A DNA stretch of 53,613 nt from a bacterium. GTDB lineage: Bacteria > Bacteroidota > Ignavibacteria > UBA10030. Where the stretch lies: assembly GCA_007280275.1 (NCBI GenBank), contig QYQB01000076.1, forward strand, positions 1 to 53,613. The letters are read 5' to 3'. Of this stretch, positions 27,045 to 36,233 are shown in pieces. A model generated the notes under the pieces. The model did no database searches. It worked only from the letters and a program-made list of their open reading frames with translations, and had not been told where the DNA came from. Numbering within the stretch: position 1 is the stretch's first letter; each line of letters starts with the position of its first letter. The position numbers and the translations under genes were made by a program.

Positions 27045-28382
27045 TTACTTGCGGACGACATCGCCGTCCGCGTGTCCTGCCATCGTGTTGTCAAGAACCC
27101 GGATGTTCAAGGCCCCTTTGCTGATCAGAACCCCGCATTTCTGAGCTCTGGTTCCGGTGTCGCGGATCGTGTTGTGTTGAACGGTGATGTCCCTGATACC
27201 CGAACTAATGAAAAAGCCGTATCCGGGATTCTTCCTCCCATTATTCTCGACGACGTTCCCCGTGAAGACATTCCGATGGCTGTTGTTCGCCTCGCCATAG
27301 TTGTTGAACCAAATGCCGTTGCGTCCGTTTTCATACACGTGGTTCTGCACAAAGGTGTTGTCCGTGTCCTTCTTGTTGACCGATATTCCATCGCGCTTGT
27401 TGCTGAACACTTTGTTATTTCTGAATGTACTCTGCTTGACTCGCCAGCAGAGAAATATGCCATCAAGATTGTCATGCGAGCTGCATCCTTCAACCAGCGT
27501 GTTTTCGCACCCGGTCCCCGGATGAAAGCCCTTCCCGGTGGAATGCGAAGCCTCACAATTTCGGACAGTTATGTTCCTGGTCGTTTGCCAGCTGAAGACA
27601 TCTCCGTTGAAATTCCTGGCCTTCACATTTTCCACCACACAGCCCGATGCGCGTTGAAGATAGATTGCGCCGCCGCGGCAACCGCCAAGCACATCGTTCG
27701 TTTCTTTGTTTCCATCCACCACGAGATTGGCGACACAAACATTCTCCGCACCTGTTACTTCGATGATGGAGCACGCGTTTGTCAATACGGCCTTGTGCCC
27801 GCAATCGTAATCCCGCAGCGTGGGTTGATCGAGAAAGAGCGTGTTGCCTTCGATTGCAACAATCGTTGCAACTGTCACATCGTAGTCGGACGGATACTGA
27901 GAATCCGACAGCTGCACGCCCATGCCGGGACGAAAGCCCTTCGCGTCGCGAACGGTGACCTTCACCATGCCGTAATCGCCGTCAACTTCCAGCAAGCTTC
28001 GATAACCATCGACCTTGTGCAAGACGGTCGAGTCCCCGGCTCCGACAAGCGTGATATTGCTCGACAGTTTTATTGGAGCTGAAATCTGATACGTTCCTGC
28101 CTTCAATTGCACTGTGCCGCCGCCATTCTTTGCTGCGTCGTCAACCGCAACCTGAATGGCAGCCGAGGTGAATGCCTGGATCTGCGTTGAAATTCCTCCG
28201 ACCGCGATGGTTTGCTTCACAGACCTCGGAGAGATCAGCAGATCGCCGTCAACCAGGTCATTGCGGACCGTGATCATCGTATCGGACGCAGCCGAGGTCT
28301 TGGGGGTCGGTTGCGCATACGCGACAACAACCGGGATTAACAGTCCCAACACCACCTCAATAACAGTCCCTTTTTGCATCAT
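27045..28382 (-). CDS. Right-handed parallel beta-helix (pectate-lyase-fold) protein, exported
   Basis: AAKNGGGTVQLKAGTYQISAPIKLSSNITLVGAG start (pectate_lyase_3-like), then many N-x-V/I-x-N coil repeats. AGGGAG lies 4 nt before the ATG. Confidence 0.7.
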   Translation of the reverse strand: MMQKGTVIEVVLGLLIPVVVAYAQPTPKTSAASDTMITVRNDLVDGDLLISPRSVKQTIAVGGISTQIQAFTSAAIQVAVDDAAKNGGGTVQLKAGTYQISAPIKLSSNITLVGAGDSTVLHKVDGYRSLLEVDGDYGMVKVTVRDAKGFRPGMGVQLSDSQYPSDYDVTVATIVAIEGNTLFLDQPTLRDYDCGHKAVLTNACSIIEVTGAENVCVANLVVDGNKETNDVLGGCRGGAIYLQRASGCVVENVKARNFNGDVFSWQTTRNITVRNCEASHSTGKGFHPGTGCENTLVEGCSSHDNLDGIFLCWRVKQSTFRNNKVFSNKRDGISVNKKDTDNTFVQNHVYENGRNGIWFNNYGEANNSHRNVFTGNVVENNGRKNPGYGFFISSGIRDITVQHNTIRDTGTRAQKCGVLISKGALNIRVLDNTMAGHADGDVVRK

Positions 28383-28424
28383 GTATCTCCCTGTGAAAGG
28401 CCACCCGCATCGTTGAGCGGGATT

Positions 28425-30758
28425 CTACTGAGCCTCGGTCCCCTTCGCTTCCGTTCCCTTTTTCTTTTCGGAAACGGTCAACGCAAGGAGCATCACCGCA
28501 TTTTCGTTGTCCTTTGTGAACTCGGCCGGCTTTAGAGTGATTGTCCTGATCTTCTTTCCGTAGCGGGAGTTCTCCCATTCGAACGAGAAAAACGTGACGG
28601 GTTTGACCTTATCGCCGGAACAATCAACAGCGGTCGCATCATACGCGTACTTGTTCTGACTGTATTTGGCCTTATCTTTTTCATTTCCCGCTATCCGTTG
28701 CTTCCATTTCCAATCAAGAATGTTGACACCGTAGCGAATCGGGACCGTCTCTATGAATCCATCTTCATAGAGGATCTCGTACCAACCCAACAGGTCAGCA
28801 GAATCGTCGAAGTTGAATATCATGTCATACGCCTTTTTATTCACAGCTTCCCTGGCGCATGCGTGCAGAAACATTATACTGCTGACATCTTCGTTCATCT
28901 CGAATACTCGGACGGCCTGTGAGGGCTTCGCGTCCTTCTGAGTCTTCACGACGAGAGCTCTGTTTCCCTGGTCTGACGGACGAACAAGCCTGTAAAACTT
29001 GTTGCCATCTCTCACGTCGCCCGACAACAATGCCGAACTATTGAGCCCCTCGATACCCTCGCTTAATGAAGAATTGAAACGGGAGGAGATGTCCAATGTC
29101 CTCACGGTACAACCATTGTCGCTCGGCAGAACCTTGCCGGTCAGGCGTGTCCGGATGTCGCTGATCAGCGGTTCGAATATGAACACGAGCGAATCGACGC
29201 TGAGAGAATGCTTCGACCAGAGCAGATTGGCCCCGCCGAGAAGATCAAACAGCAGGTCTTTCCCGAAGTTGCCTTCCGTCGTTCCGGCCCATGATGAAGG
29301 TGCTCCTCCCAACACTCCCCGTATCGCTTTGCGTTGATCCCACTGGCCGATATCCGGGCGCAAATTCCCATACACCTGCCGAAAACCGAACTGCGACACT
29401 TGCTTGTCGTTGTTGATATCATTCCAGAACCAGTTGAAGACCAGAATGTCCTTCGGGATCAATTTCTCCACCTGTTCGGGCCTGAGCGAAGCCGGAACCT
29501 TGTATTCATATCCGCTCGAGCTCTTCCAAACCTGGAAGTTCTTCCCATAGACAGATTCCAGTAGATGATCGCCCCAGATAGCAACCTTGATGTTTCGCTT
29601 CGTGAGGTACTGGTGAATGGTGTTAAGATCTTTCGCATACAACTCATTGTAATCCTTCCCCCGGCACAAGTCACACACGTCTTTTTCCATCCTCCACTCA
29701 TCGTGGCCGATATGGATCATCGATGGATGGATGACGCCGATATATTCATCCAACACATCAAAATAGATCTTGTAGGCCTCAGGTTTGAGTGGACAGTAGG
29801 TGTCGGGATATTCCTGATTCGGGTTCTCGGCGAGGTCCTTATGACCGGCGAGCAAATAGTAGGAATGTGTAAGCGAAGGCAGCTCGGGAATAACCTCTAT
29901 ATTGAACGACCGCATATAGCTGACCAGATCCGCCACTTCTTCTTTTTCGAGGATGAGACCATCGGCATTGTCCTGGTGGGAAGAATTCTGATATTCGCGA
30001 TGTCGTCCAGGGGGGCGCCCAAGCCTGCTGTACTTCAAATGCTCTGCGAACTCAACCGCACCTATGTTCAATTCCGGATGCTGGTCCAAACGCATGTTCG
30101 CGTTGAGCTCAAGAATGATCGTGTTGAACTTGTAATAGGCGACGAAATCCTTGATGAAGCGCTTGAAGAACGGGATATTGTCCCTTCCCGGCACGTACAG
30201 TTTGATACCCCGGAGCCCGTATTGCGGCGCATCTCGTACTGTGAGTTGAGGAATTACAACAGTCCCTCCCTCTTTCTTCATGATCTGGCGAAGCGACTCG
30301 AGACCAAACAACGTCCCCTTTTGGGTATTTGCCGCAACGACAACATTCTTCTCCGTAACCGTCAGGATGTAGCCCTCGTCTCCCAATTCTTTTAGGGGCG
30401 TCATCAGGCCCTGCTGTTCACAGTAACTTCTGACGAGAGGATCAGCGGTTGTCCCCAACAGGATGAACTTGTCGTCACGGGAAATCCTTGATTTTCTGAT
30501 GATGTTGATCGGATGTCTGTACCGATCGACAAATTCCTGAGAGAGGAGCCTCGCCAGAGAGCGCTCCGTGTCGCTACCCCGATCATGAATGGCGACAAAC
30601 GCAGATTTGTCCGCGGTAAATGTCCCTGTACGGACTTGAATCTCGAGGGGAATTGGAAATATCGAAGGTTGCCCTTGGGCAATCGCGGCATCGGCGACCC
30701 AAATCAAGCCAGAGGCGACGAGCAAAATTGAAGCTTGAACCATTTTCCCGGCATTCAT
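28425..30758 (-). CDS. GH20-like glycosidase with long C-terminal extension, paralog A
   Basis: GH20b-like N-domain (ELGDEGYILTVTEKNVVVAANTQKGTLFGLESLRQIM), barrel with VIPELPSLTHSYYLL and MIHIGHDEW (HxGxDE). About 330 extra C-terminal residues of unknown function. The ATG at 30758 follows AAGGA plus 7 nt; the track start at 30764 is TTG. Confidence 0.75.
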   Translation of the reverse strand: MNAGKMVQASILLVASGLIWVADAAIAQGQPSIFPIPLEIQVRTGTFTADKSAFVAIHDRGSDTERSLARLLSQEFVDRYRHPINIIRKSRISRDDKFILLGTTADPLVRSYCEQQGLMTPLKELGDEGYILTVTEKNVVVAANTQKGTLFGLESLRQIMKKEGGTVVIPQLTVRDAPQYGLRGIKLYVPGRDNIPFFKRFIKDFVAYYKFNTIILELNANMRLDQHPELNIGAVEFAEHLKYSRLGRPPGRHREYQNSSHQDNADGLILEKEEVADLVSYMRSFNIEVIPELPSLTHSYYLLAGHKDLAENPNQEYPDTYCPLKPEAYKIYFDVLDEYIGVIHPSMIHIGHDEWRMEKDVCDLCRGKDYNELYAKDLNTIHQYLTKRNIKVAIWGDHLLESVYGKNFQVWKSSSGYEYKVPASLRPEQVEKLIPKDILVFNWFWNDINNDKQVSQFGFRQVYGNLRPDIGQWDQRKAIRGVLGGAPSSWAGTTEGNFGKDLLFDLLGGANLLWSKHSLSVDSLVFIFEPLISDIRTRLTGKVLPSDNGCTVRTLDISSRFNSSLSEGIEGLNSSALLSGDVRDGNKFYRLVRPSDQGNRALVVKTQKDAKPSQAVRVFEMNEDVSSIMFLHACAREAVNKKAYDMIFNFDDSADLLGWYEILYEDGFIETVPIRYGVNILDWKWKQRIAGNEKDKAKYSQNKYAYDATAVDCSGDKVKPVTFFSFEWENSRYGKKIRTITLKPAEFTKDNENAVMLLALTVSEKKKGTEAKGTEAQ

Positions 30759-30778
30759 AAGCAAATCCTTGATAAGTG

Positions 30779-32389
30779 CTATTTCGCCAACACCATTCTT
30801 CCTGTTTGCATGAACTTGCCCGCCCTCATCTGGTAAAAATAGACTCCTGAGTTGAGATGCGATCCATCGAACGATGCTTGATATGATCCGGCTGGAAGCT
30901 CTTTGTCCACAAGCGTTGCGACTTCTCTGCCGAGGACGTCGAACACTTTGAGTGTCGTAATGCTGATAGCTGACCCCTCGACTTTGCTCGGGGCAGGTAG
31001 CTGATAGCTAATTGTTGTTGTCGGGTTGAATGGGTTCGGATAGTTTCCGATCAGCGATGGCCCGGAACTCAGCGGACTGGCACCGATGGCCTGTACGGAA
31101 GTGGCGATGATCTTATCCCGGAAATCGGCGACGTAGACTTGTACGGGGTAGGCACCTTTGTCCCAATCGCTGGCGAAGATCACTCTGAGACCATCGGGTG
31201 AGGGGCAACCATGTGATTCGAAATAGTATTGATCGCCACCGGGAAGAAGATATTTGTCCACGCGCACGTTACATATTCTCTCAACTCTCGAACCGTCGAG
31301 TCTTACCGCATCAATTTCATTGATATAGGGGAGGTACTGCGTATTTGTCTGCAAATTTTGATGCGTGACAAATACCCAGCCTGGCCGTTTCAGGTTTCGT
31401 CCGGACGTATGGCTTGCGTACCCGGTTTTCGTCAGCGCGGTGATGGTGCCATCAGAGAGTTTCCTCTTAATGATGATGCCGGTATTAGGAACCCCAACGA
31501 CACCTGATTTTGCCACACCTGCAATGACTTCATCACCGTTCTGATCGATCTGAACATCAAAATGACTGGGCAGGCCATAGCGAGTCTCCGTCCAAACAAG
31601 GGTCCCATCGGACGCTTTGTGGACCCGAATAAAATCTCCCGGATCAGGACCGTAGTTGATGATGACGTAGTTGCCCAAGTATGACAATGTGCAATTATCG
31701 AAGGCCGGTCGCCCCAAGAAATCATGAGGAGCCTCGATGTCTACTCCTTTCGTCTTGTTCACGACATCAACGACGAATACCACGTCTTTGCCATCACTCT
31801 TGCGTATTCCATAAATGGCTGCCTTTGTGCCATCAGCGCAAAAATTGCCTTCACCTTCTCCAAGACTGCATGATGAGTATGCTCTCAAATCTATCAGTTC
31901 AGTCGACACATTCTTGACGACATCCCATTTACCTATATGACTCTGACCGGACATCCCGGTGTGATACATGATGTTGGGTTCAGTATGACTCCACAATAGC
32001 GTACGATCACTCGGTTTCGAAGGTCTTGTGAACAAGACCTGATAGGTATTTCCATCGAGCCACAGATTCGGATAATGCCTGCCAAGATACATCATGCTCT
32101 GATCGCAGTTCCACACCTGGGTTTTCGAGTACTCGTGCCGTTCCTGTTGCGCTGCCCAAACGACGCCTGGGATATTGGGTATGGGATCACCGGGATTGCC
32201 GACAATGCGTGTTATCTTAGTTCCAAAGGTGGGGTCGGTAATAGGCTTAAGGTATTCCGGTTTGCTCAGTGTCGGCGCCGGCCAATACGTGGTGGAATTC
32301 GTCAGAAGATTGCAGAGAACATCTTGGGCAATCGCATACGAAGATACAGTGCTTAGCAAAGCGACGAGCATTATTCTTGATCTGTCCAT
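30779..32389 (-). CDS. Secreted protein of unknown function (possibly beta-propeller) with T9SS C-terminal sorting domain
   Basis: 536 aa with signal peptide. GAGGAGAGGA lies upstream of the ATG. C-terminus NYPNPFNPTTTISYQLP...VFDVLGREVATLVD...MVLAK. No catalytic motif recognised. Confidence 0.7.
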   Translation of the reverse strand: MDRSRIMLVALLSTVSSYAIAQDVLCNLLTNSTTYWPAPTLSKPEYLKPITDPTFGTKITRIVGNPGDPIPNIPGVVWAAQQERHEYSKTQVWNCDQSMMYLGRHYPNLWLDGNTYQVLFTRPSKPSDRTLLWSHTEPNIMYHTGMSGQSHIGKWDVVKNVSTELIDLRAYSSCSLGEGEGNFCADGTKAAIYGIRKSDGKDVVFVVDVVNKTKGVDIEAPHDFLGRPAFDNCTLSYLGNYVIINYGPDPGDFIRVHKASDGTLVWTETRYGLPSHFDVQIDQNGDEVIAGVAKSGVVGVPNTGIIIKRKLSDGTITALTKTGYASHTSGRNLKRPGWVFVTHQNLQTNTQYLPYINEIDAVRLDGSRVERICNVRVDKYLLPGGDQYYFESHGCPSPDGLRVIFASDWDKGAYPVQVYVADFRDKIIATSVQAIGASPLSSGPSLIGNYPNPFNPTTTISYQLPAPSKVEGSAISITTLKVFDVLGREVATLVDKELPAGSYQASFDGSHLNSGVYFYQMRAGKFMQTGRMVLAK

Positions 32390-32407
32390 AACATCCTCTC
32401 CTCGATA

Positions 32408-33586
32408 CTACTTCGCCAACAGCAGCTTCTTTGTTTCGACGAAATTGCCGGCTTGAAGCCGATAGAAGTACACCCCGCTCGGCATCGATGGAGCATCCCA
32501 ACGGATCGTGTGTACTCCGGCGGCGCGATTCCCGCTCACGAGCGTCGCAACTTCTCTGCCGAGGACATCAAAAACCTTAAGCGTCGCAAAGCCAACAGCT
32601 GCTAGTTGATAGCTAATGGCTGTACTCGGATTGAACGGGTTAGGAAAGTTCTGAGACAGCGAGAACCGAGTCGGCTGCAATTCTCTTTCCGTTACTCCAG
32701 TCAGAGAAAGGTAGCTTGACAACCGAGCCACTACGCTCCACCTGTCGACTCCTGAACTATCGTAGCGATCTTTGCTCAACCAACATGTATAATCCGTAGA
32801 TGACCTGTCCCACGGATACCAGAAAACACCATCGAGTTTGTTCCTCTCAAGCACTAGCTGCCCCCAATTCTGCATTTCTGACGCAGAGGGCATTCGGTAC
32901 GCGAAGCCATCGGTGGCAAAAGTCTGCAATGCAAAAAACAACTGTATATTCAACCCCTTTTGCTTTATCAAAGAGTAATCGTCATCAATTTCCTTGAGAG
33001 CATCGGCCATCGTCCCTTCCTGCGTTCCAAACCAGTGTCTATAGATTCCGGCTATATCCATTATTCCATCTTCAATTTTCGTAAACAGTCTCTTGTCATA
33101 GTAAGCCATGTCGTTCATATAGACAAAGAGCTTCACATGAGGTGCGAAACTTTTTAGTGTGGAATAGAGAGCTTTCATTTGCGCCGCAGTGAATGGATGC
33201 CCGTCATTATAGAAGGGTTCATGCGACATCAGGAGAGCTAAGAGAGATTTTCCTCCTGAAGAAGTATATTGTTCGGCAAACTTCAGGACGTTTAGTCCTT
33301 CAGAAATGTCCCATGTTCCGGTTGAGGGGTTCCAGGCCCATGGTGTCCATTGGTGCCCATGTCCTTCGGACCAAATGATAAGCTTTATGCCGTTTTTCTC
33401 CGCTTCACTCAGAGCATTTTTCCACGACAAGGTGTCTGATGGAAGCTCGATGAGGGCGAAATTGCCCTTCAATGAATTTTTCAAGAATGAATATTGACTT
33501 GGCTCAATGTCGTGAACACCATAGTATTTCAGCACGGTTTGGCCGAAACACAGATCAGCCAGACTTACCAGAATGAACATCACCAA
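32408..33586 (-). CDS. Secreted protein of unknown function with T9SS C-terminal sorting domain, paralog 1 (start uncertain)
   Basis: QTVLKYYGVHDIEPSQYSFLKNSLKGNFALIE..., LLMSHEPFY, C-terminus NFPNPFNPSTAISYQL...LLLAK. Candidate starts are TTG 33586, GTG 33583 and ATG 33580. The ancestral ATG position reads GAG (see findings). Confidence 0.7.
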   Translation of the reverse strand: MVMFILVSLADLCFGQTVLKYYGVHDIEPSQYSFLKNSLKGNFALIELPSDTLSWKNALSEAEKNGIKLIIWSEGHGHQWTPWAWNPSTGTWDISEGLNVLKFAEQYTSSGGKSLLALLMSHEPFYNDGHPFTAAQMKALYSTLKSFAPHVKLFVYMNDMAYYDKRLFTKIEDGIMDIAGIYRHWFGTQEGTMADALKEIDDDYSLIKQKGLNIQLFFALQTFATDGFAYRMPSASEMQNWGQLVLERNKLDGVFWYPWDRSSTDYTCWLSKDRYDSSGVDRWSVVARLSSYLSLTGVTERELQPTRFSLSQNFPNPFNPSTAISYQLAAVGFATLKVFDVLGREVATLVSGNRAAGVHTIRWDAPSMPSGVYFYRLQAGNFVETKKLLLAK

Positions 33587-33649
33587 CGCTCTGTTCTTGA
33601 TCTCACCCTCCCTTGACCTGCAACCGTTGTCTATTCACTTGTGAGAGGC

Positions 33650-34876
33650 CTATTTCGCAATTACCATTTTTTTGGTTTCGATGAAACCGCCGGCGCGAAC
33701 TTGGTAGAAATAGACCCCGCTCGGGAGCGATGATGCCTCCCAACGGACCGTATGTACTCCGGCAGAGCGATTCTCGTCCACGAGCACGGCTGCTTCTCTG
33801 CCGAGGAGGTCAAACACGACAAGCCTGACGAAGCTGACCGCCGACAGCTGAAAGCTGATCGCTGTTGTTGGATTAAACGGGTTTGGAAAGTTTTGAGAAA
33901 GCGAGAACTGAGTCGGCTGCAATTCTCTTTCCTTCACTCCAGTCACAGAAAGGTGGCTCGACAACCGGGTCACAACACTCCATCGATCTCCCCCCGAGCT
34001 ATCATAACGGTCTTTGCTGAGCCAATTCACGTAGCTCGTAGACACCCGGTTCCAGGGATACCAGAACGCTCCGTCCAGCTTTTTCTTTTCAAGAATCTTC
34101 GTTGCTAAAGCCTGCATTTCTGAGGCCAGAGGCATCCTGTAGTCGGGAGTTGCATAGCCAAATGTCTGCAATGCAAAGAAGAGCTGTATATGCAGTCCCT
34201 TCCGCTGGATGAGATCGTAGTCGTCGTCAATTTCTTGCAACGTCTCTGCCTGGGTATTCTTCGTTCCAAAACTGTGTTTGTACGTGCCGCAGATATCCAT
34301 CATTCCGTCTGACATTTGCCTAGCGGGATCTTTCCGATCATAGTACGCGAAGTCGTTCATGTAGATGTATGTCTTGACATGCGGAGCAACTTTCTTGAAA
34401 GCTGCATAGAGAGACTTCAGCTGACTGCTGTTGAAGATTTGTTCACCCTGAGCGTAGAACGGTTCATGCGACAGAACGATGGCAAGGAGTGATTGCCCAC
34501 CTGAGGTGATGTACTGCTCAGCGAATTTCAGGTCATTCAGACCTTCAGTGAGATCCCATCCTTGAGTGGGATCTTGCAGCCACTTCAGGAAATCGAAAGC
34601 CCAGGGAGTATACCGTTGTCCATGCCCTTGGGGCCAGATAATGAGCTTCAGGTTGTTTTTTTCGGCCTCCTGCAACGTCCTTCTCCATGTCGCTGTGTCT
34701 GTCGAGATTTCAACCAAGGCGAAATTGCCCTTCAGCGAGTCACGCAAGAATGAAAATTGGCTGGCCTCAATATCATCCACGCCATAATATTTCAGGACAG
34801 TCTGGCCAACGCATGTGGTAGTCCAGAATACAAGAATCGCATACAACAAGACTGTGGTTCGCCTGTCTTGAATCAT
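33650..34876 (-). CDS. Secreted protein of unknown function with T9SS C-terminal sorting domain, paralog 2
   Basis: Collinear with 32408..33586 (QTVLKYYGVDDIEASQFSFLRDSLKGNFALVE, IVLSHEPFY, FFALQTFG, FWYPWNR). C-terminus NFPNPFNPTTAISFQL...MVIAK. Confidence 0.75.
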   Translation of the reverse strand: MIQDRRTTVLLYAILVFWTTTCVGQTVLKYYGVDDIEASQFSFLRDSLKGNFALVEISTDTATWRRTLQEAEKNNLKLIIWPQGHGQRYTPWAFDFLKWLQDPTQGWDLTEGLNDLKFAEQYITSGGQSLLAIVLSHEPFYAQGEQIFNSSQLKSLYAAFKKVAPHVKTYIYMNDFAYYDRKDPARQMSDGMMDICGTYKHSFGTKNTQAETLQEIDDDYDLIQRKGLHIQLFFALQTFGYATPDYRMPLASEMQALATKILEKKKLDGAFWYPWNRVSTSYVNWLSKDRYDSSGGDRWSVVTRLSSHLSVTGVKERELQPTQFSLSQNFPNPFNPTTAISFQLSAVSFVRLVVFDLLGREAAVLVDENRSAGVHTVRWEASSLPSGVYFYQVRAGGFIETKKMVIAK

Positions 34877-34887
34877 TGCTGGAGCGC

Positions 34888-36180
34888 TTATTCAACAAGC
34901 AATTTGTTCTGTTGCAAAGCATACACCTCAGCAAGCGCAAGCAGCATCAGCCCATTTCCGTGATGATCGTCGTCTTGTGTCGGCCTGGTATTGTAATAGT
35001 CCAGGTTCAGTCCGATGGAAGTGCTTCTGCTTACCTTGTTAATGCCTCCAACCTCATTGATTTCTTTCTTGAGACCCTGGAGAGCCTTTTGAACTGCCGG
35101 GGCATACGACTTATCCAACCAGCCCCTGTTCATCCCTCTTGCGAGAGCGTAGGTAAATTGTGCGCTGCACGATGTTTCAGTCCCCCAGGTTAACTCGGGA
35201 TGATCAGGAACCTGATGCCATAAGCCCGATGCCGATTGGTACCTGCAGAGTCCATCAATTTGCTTCTTGCAGATTTCCAGCACTTTGTTGTATTGAGGAT
35301 GCTCTTTCGGCAGCACCGACAACACCTCCGCGATAGCGACCGCCACCCAGCCGTTTGCCCTCCCCCATTTGCAGCAGGTCGGGCTCTTTTTGTCGACAAA
35401 GTACCCATGGAACCAGACGCCATCGGTATCCTGCAGGTATGATGCGTAATTGATGATTTGCCGCGCTGCATCATCGAGATCGGAAGGGTTCTTCTTGTAT
35501 TCAGCCCACCGTACGAGGAACGGCAAGCTCATGTAAAGATCATCTGCCCAGATTGTCAGACCGTCGGGAGAATTTGGCCTCCAGAAGGTACCGTCCTTCA
35601 GCCGAAACTGGACGTTGGTGACATAATTGCCCATGATCTCTGTGAGTTGCTCCAGGTGATCCGTGAACTCAACGTGGTGGCGCAGTGTCGATTCGAGAAT
35701 TGCCGCACCCATTGCTCCGCAGTCGTCAAGCATATCAAGCCGCCAGAGTTTTTCGAAATCCGCATGCTTGTAGAATGTCCCGAATTGCATTTTCTGCCAG
35801 CGCAAATATGCATACATGTCTGCCGAGATCCGGTTGTTGTCGCTTACAAACTTCATGATCCTCTTGTCACCCGTGATATCGTAAACGCGCTGCATTGCCA
35901 GAAGAGTGACCCCGGTGGGATAAGACCAGTACAGCGTCTTGGGCAGTTTCGCTTTCCTGACTGCATCCCAATCACCTCTCGGATACTCCCCATCCACCAA
36001 TTGATTTTCCTGAATCTGATGGGTGGTGATCAGGTTCATCAATTCCAATACCGAACGGGTTGGTTTGACTTGGTTATGGCTGGAAGGAGATTTGTCCTGC
36101 GAGATACTTCGCGGACAGAGCAGGAGAGACAAGAGAACTGCGCAGGCTATCTTGCAGGACGCCGTCGTGTGTCTGAACAT
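34888..36180 (-). CDS. GH105/GH88-family unsaturated uronyl hydrolase, exported
   Basis: (alpha/alpha)6-type motifs IWADDLYMSLPFLVRWAEY, WGRANGWVAVAIAEVL, GLWHQV, ETSCSAQFTYALARG. The ATG at 36180 is preceded by GAGGAG plus 6 nt; the track start at 36201 is GTG. Confidence 0.8.
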   Translation of the reverse strand: MFRHTTASCKIACAVLLSLLLCPRSISQDKSPSSHNQVKPTRSVLELMNLITTHQIQENQLVDGEYPRGDWDAVRKAKLPKTLYWSYPTGVTLLAMQRVYDITGDKRIMKFVSDNNRISADMYAYLRWQKMQFGTFYKHADFEKLWRLDMLDDCGAMGAAILESTLRHHVEFTDHLEQLTEIMGNYVTNVQFRLKDGTFWRPNSPDGLTIWADDLYMSLPFLVRWAEYKKNPSDLDDAARQIINYASYLQDTDGVWFHGYFVDKKSPTCCKWGRANGWVAVAIAEVLSVLPKEHPQYNKVLEICKKQIDGLCRYQSASGLWHQVPDHPELTWGTETSCSAQFTYALARGMNRGWLDKSYAPAVQKALQGLKKEINEVGGINKVSRSTSIGLNLDYYNTRPTQDDDHHGNGLMLLALAEVYALQQNKLLVE

Positions 36181-36233
36181 CGTTATCTCCTCAAAATACA
36201 CTGGAGGAAAAGAGCAAGAATCCCGATTTCCCG

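Noticed and set aside
26993-27094. N-terminal 34-codon extension of the [2Fe-2S] subunit ORF. Similar track extensions reach 3323, 11811, 19366, 30764, 36201, 38530, 40888, 49223 and 52346.
   Set aside because: The extensions start at TTG or GTG (or an unsupported ATG), overlap the upstream gene or lack an SD. Downstream starts have AGGAG-type SDs and give proper signal peptides or Rossmann N-termini.
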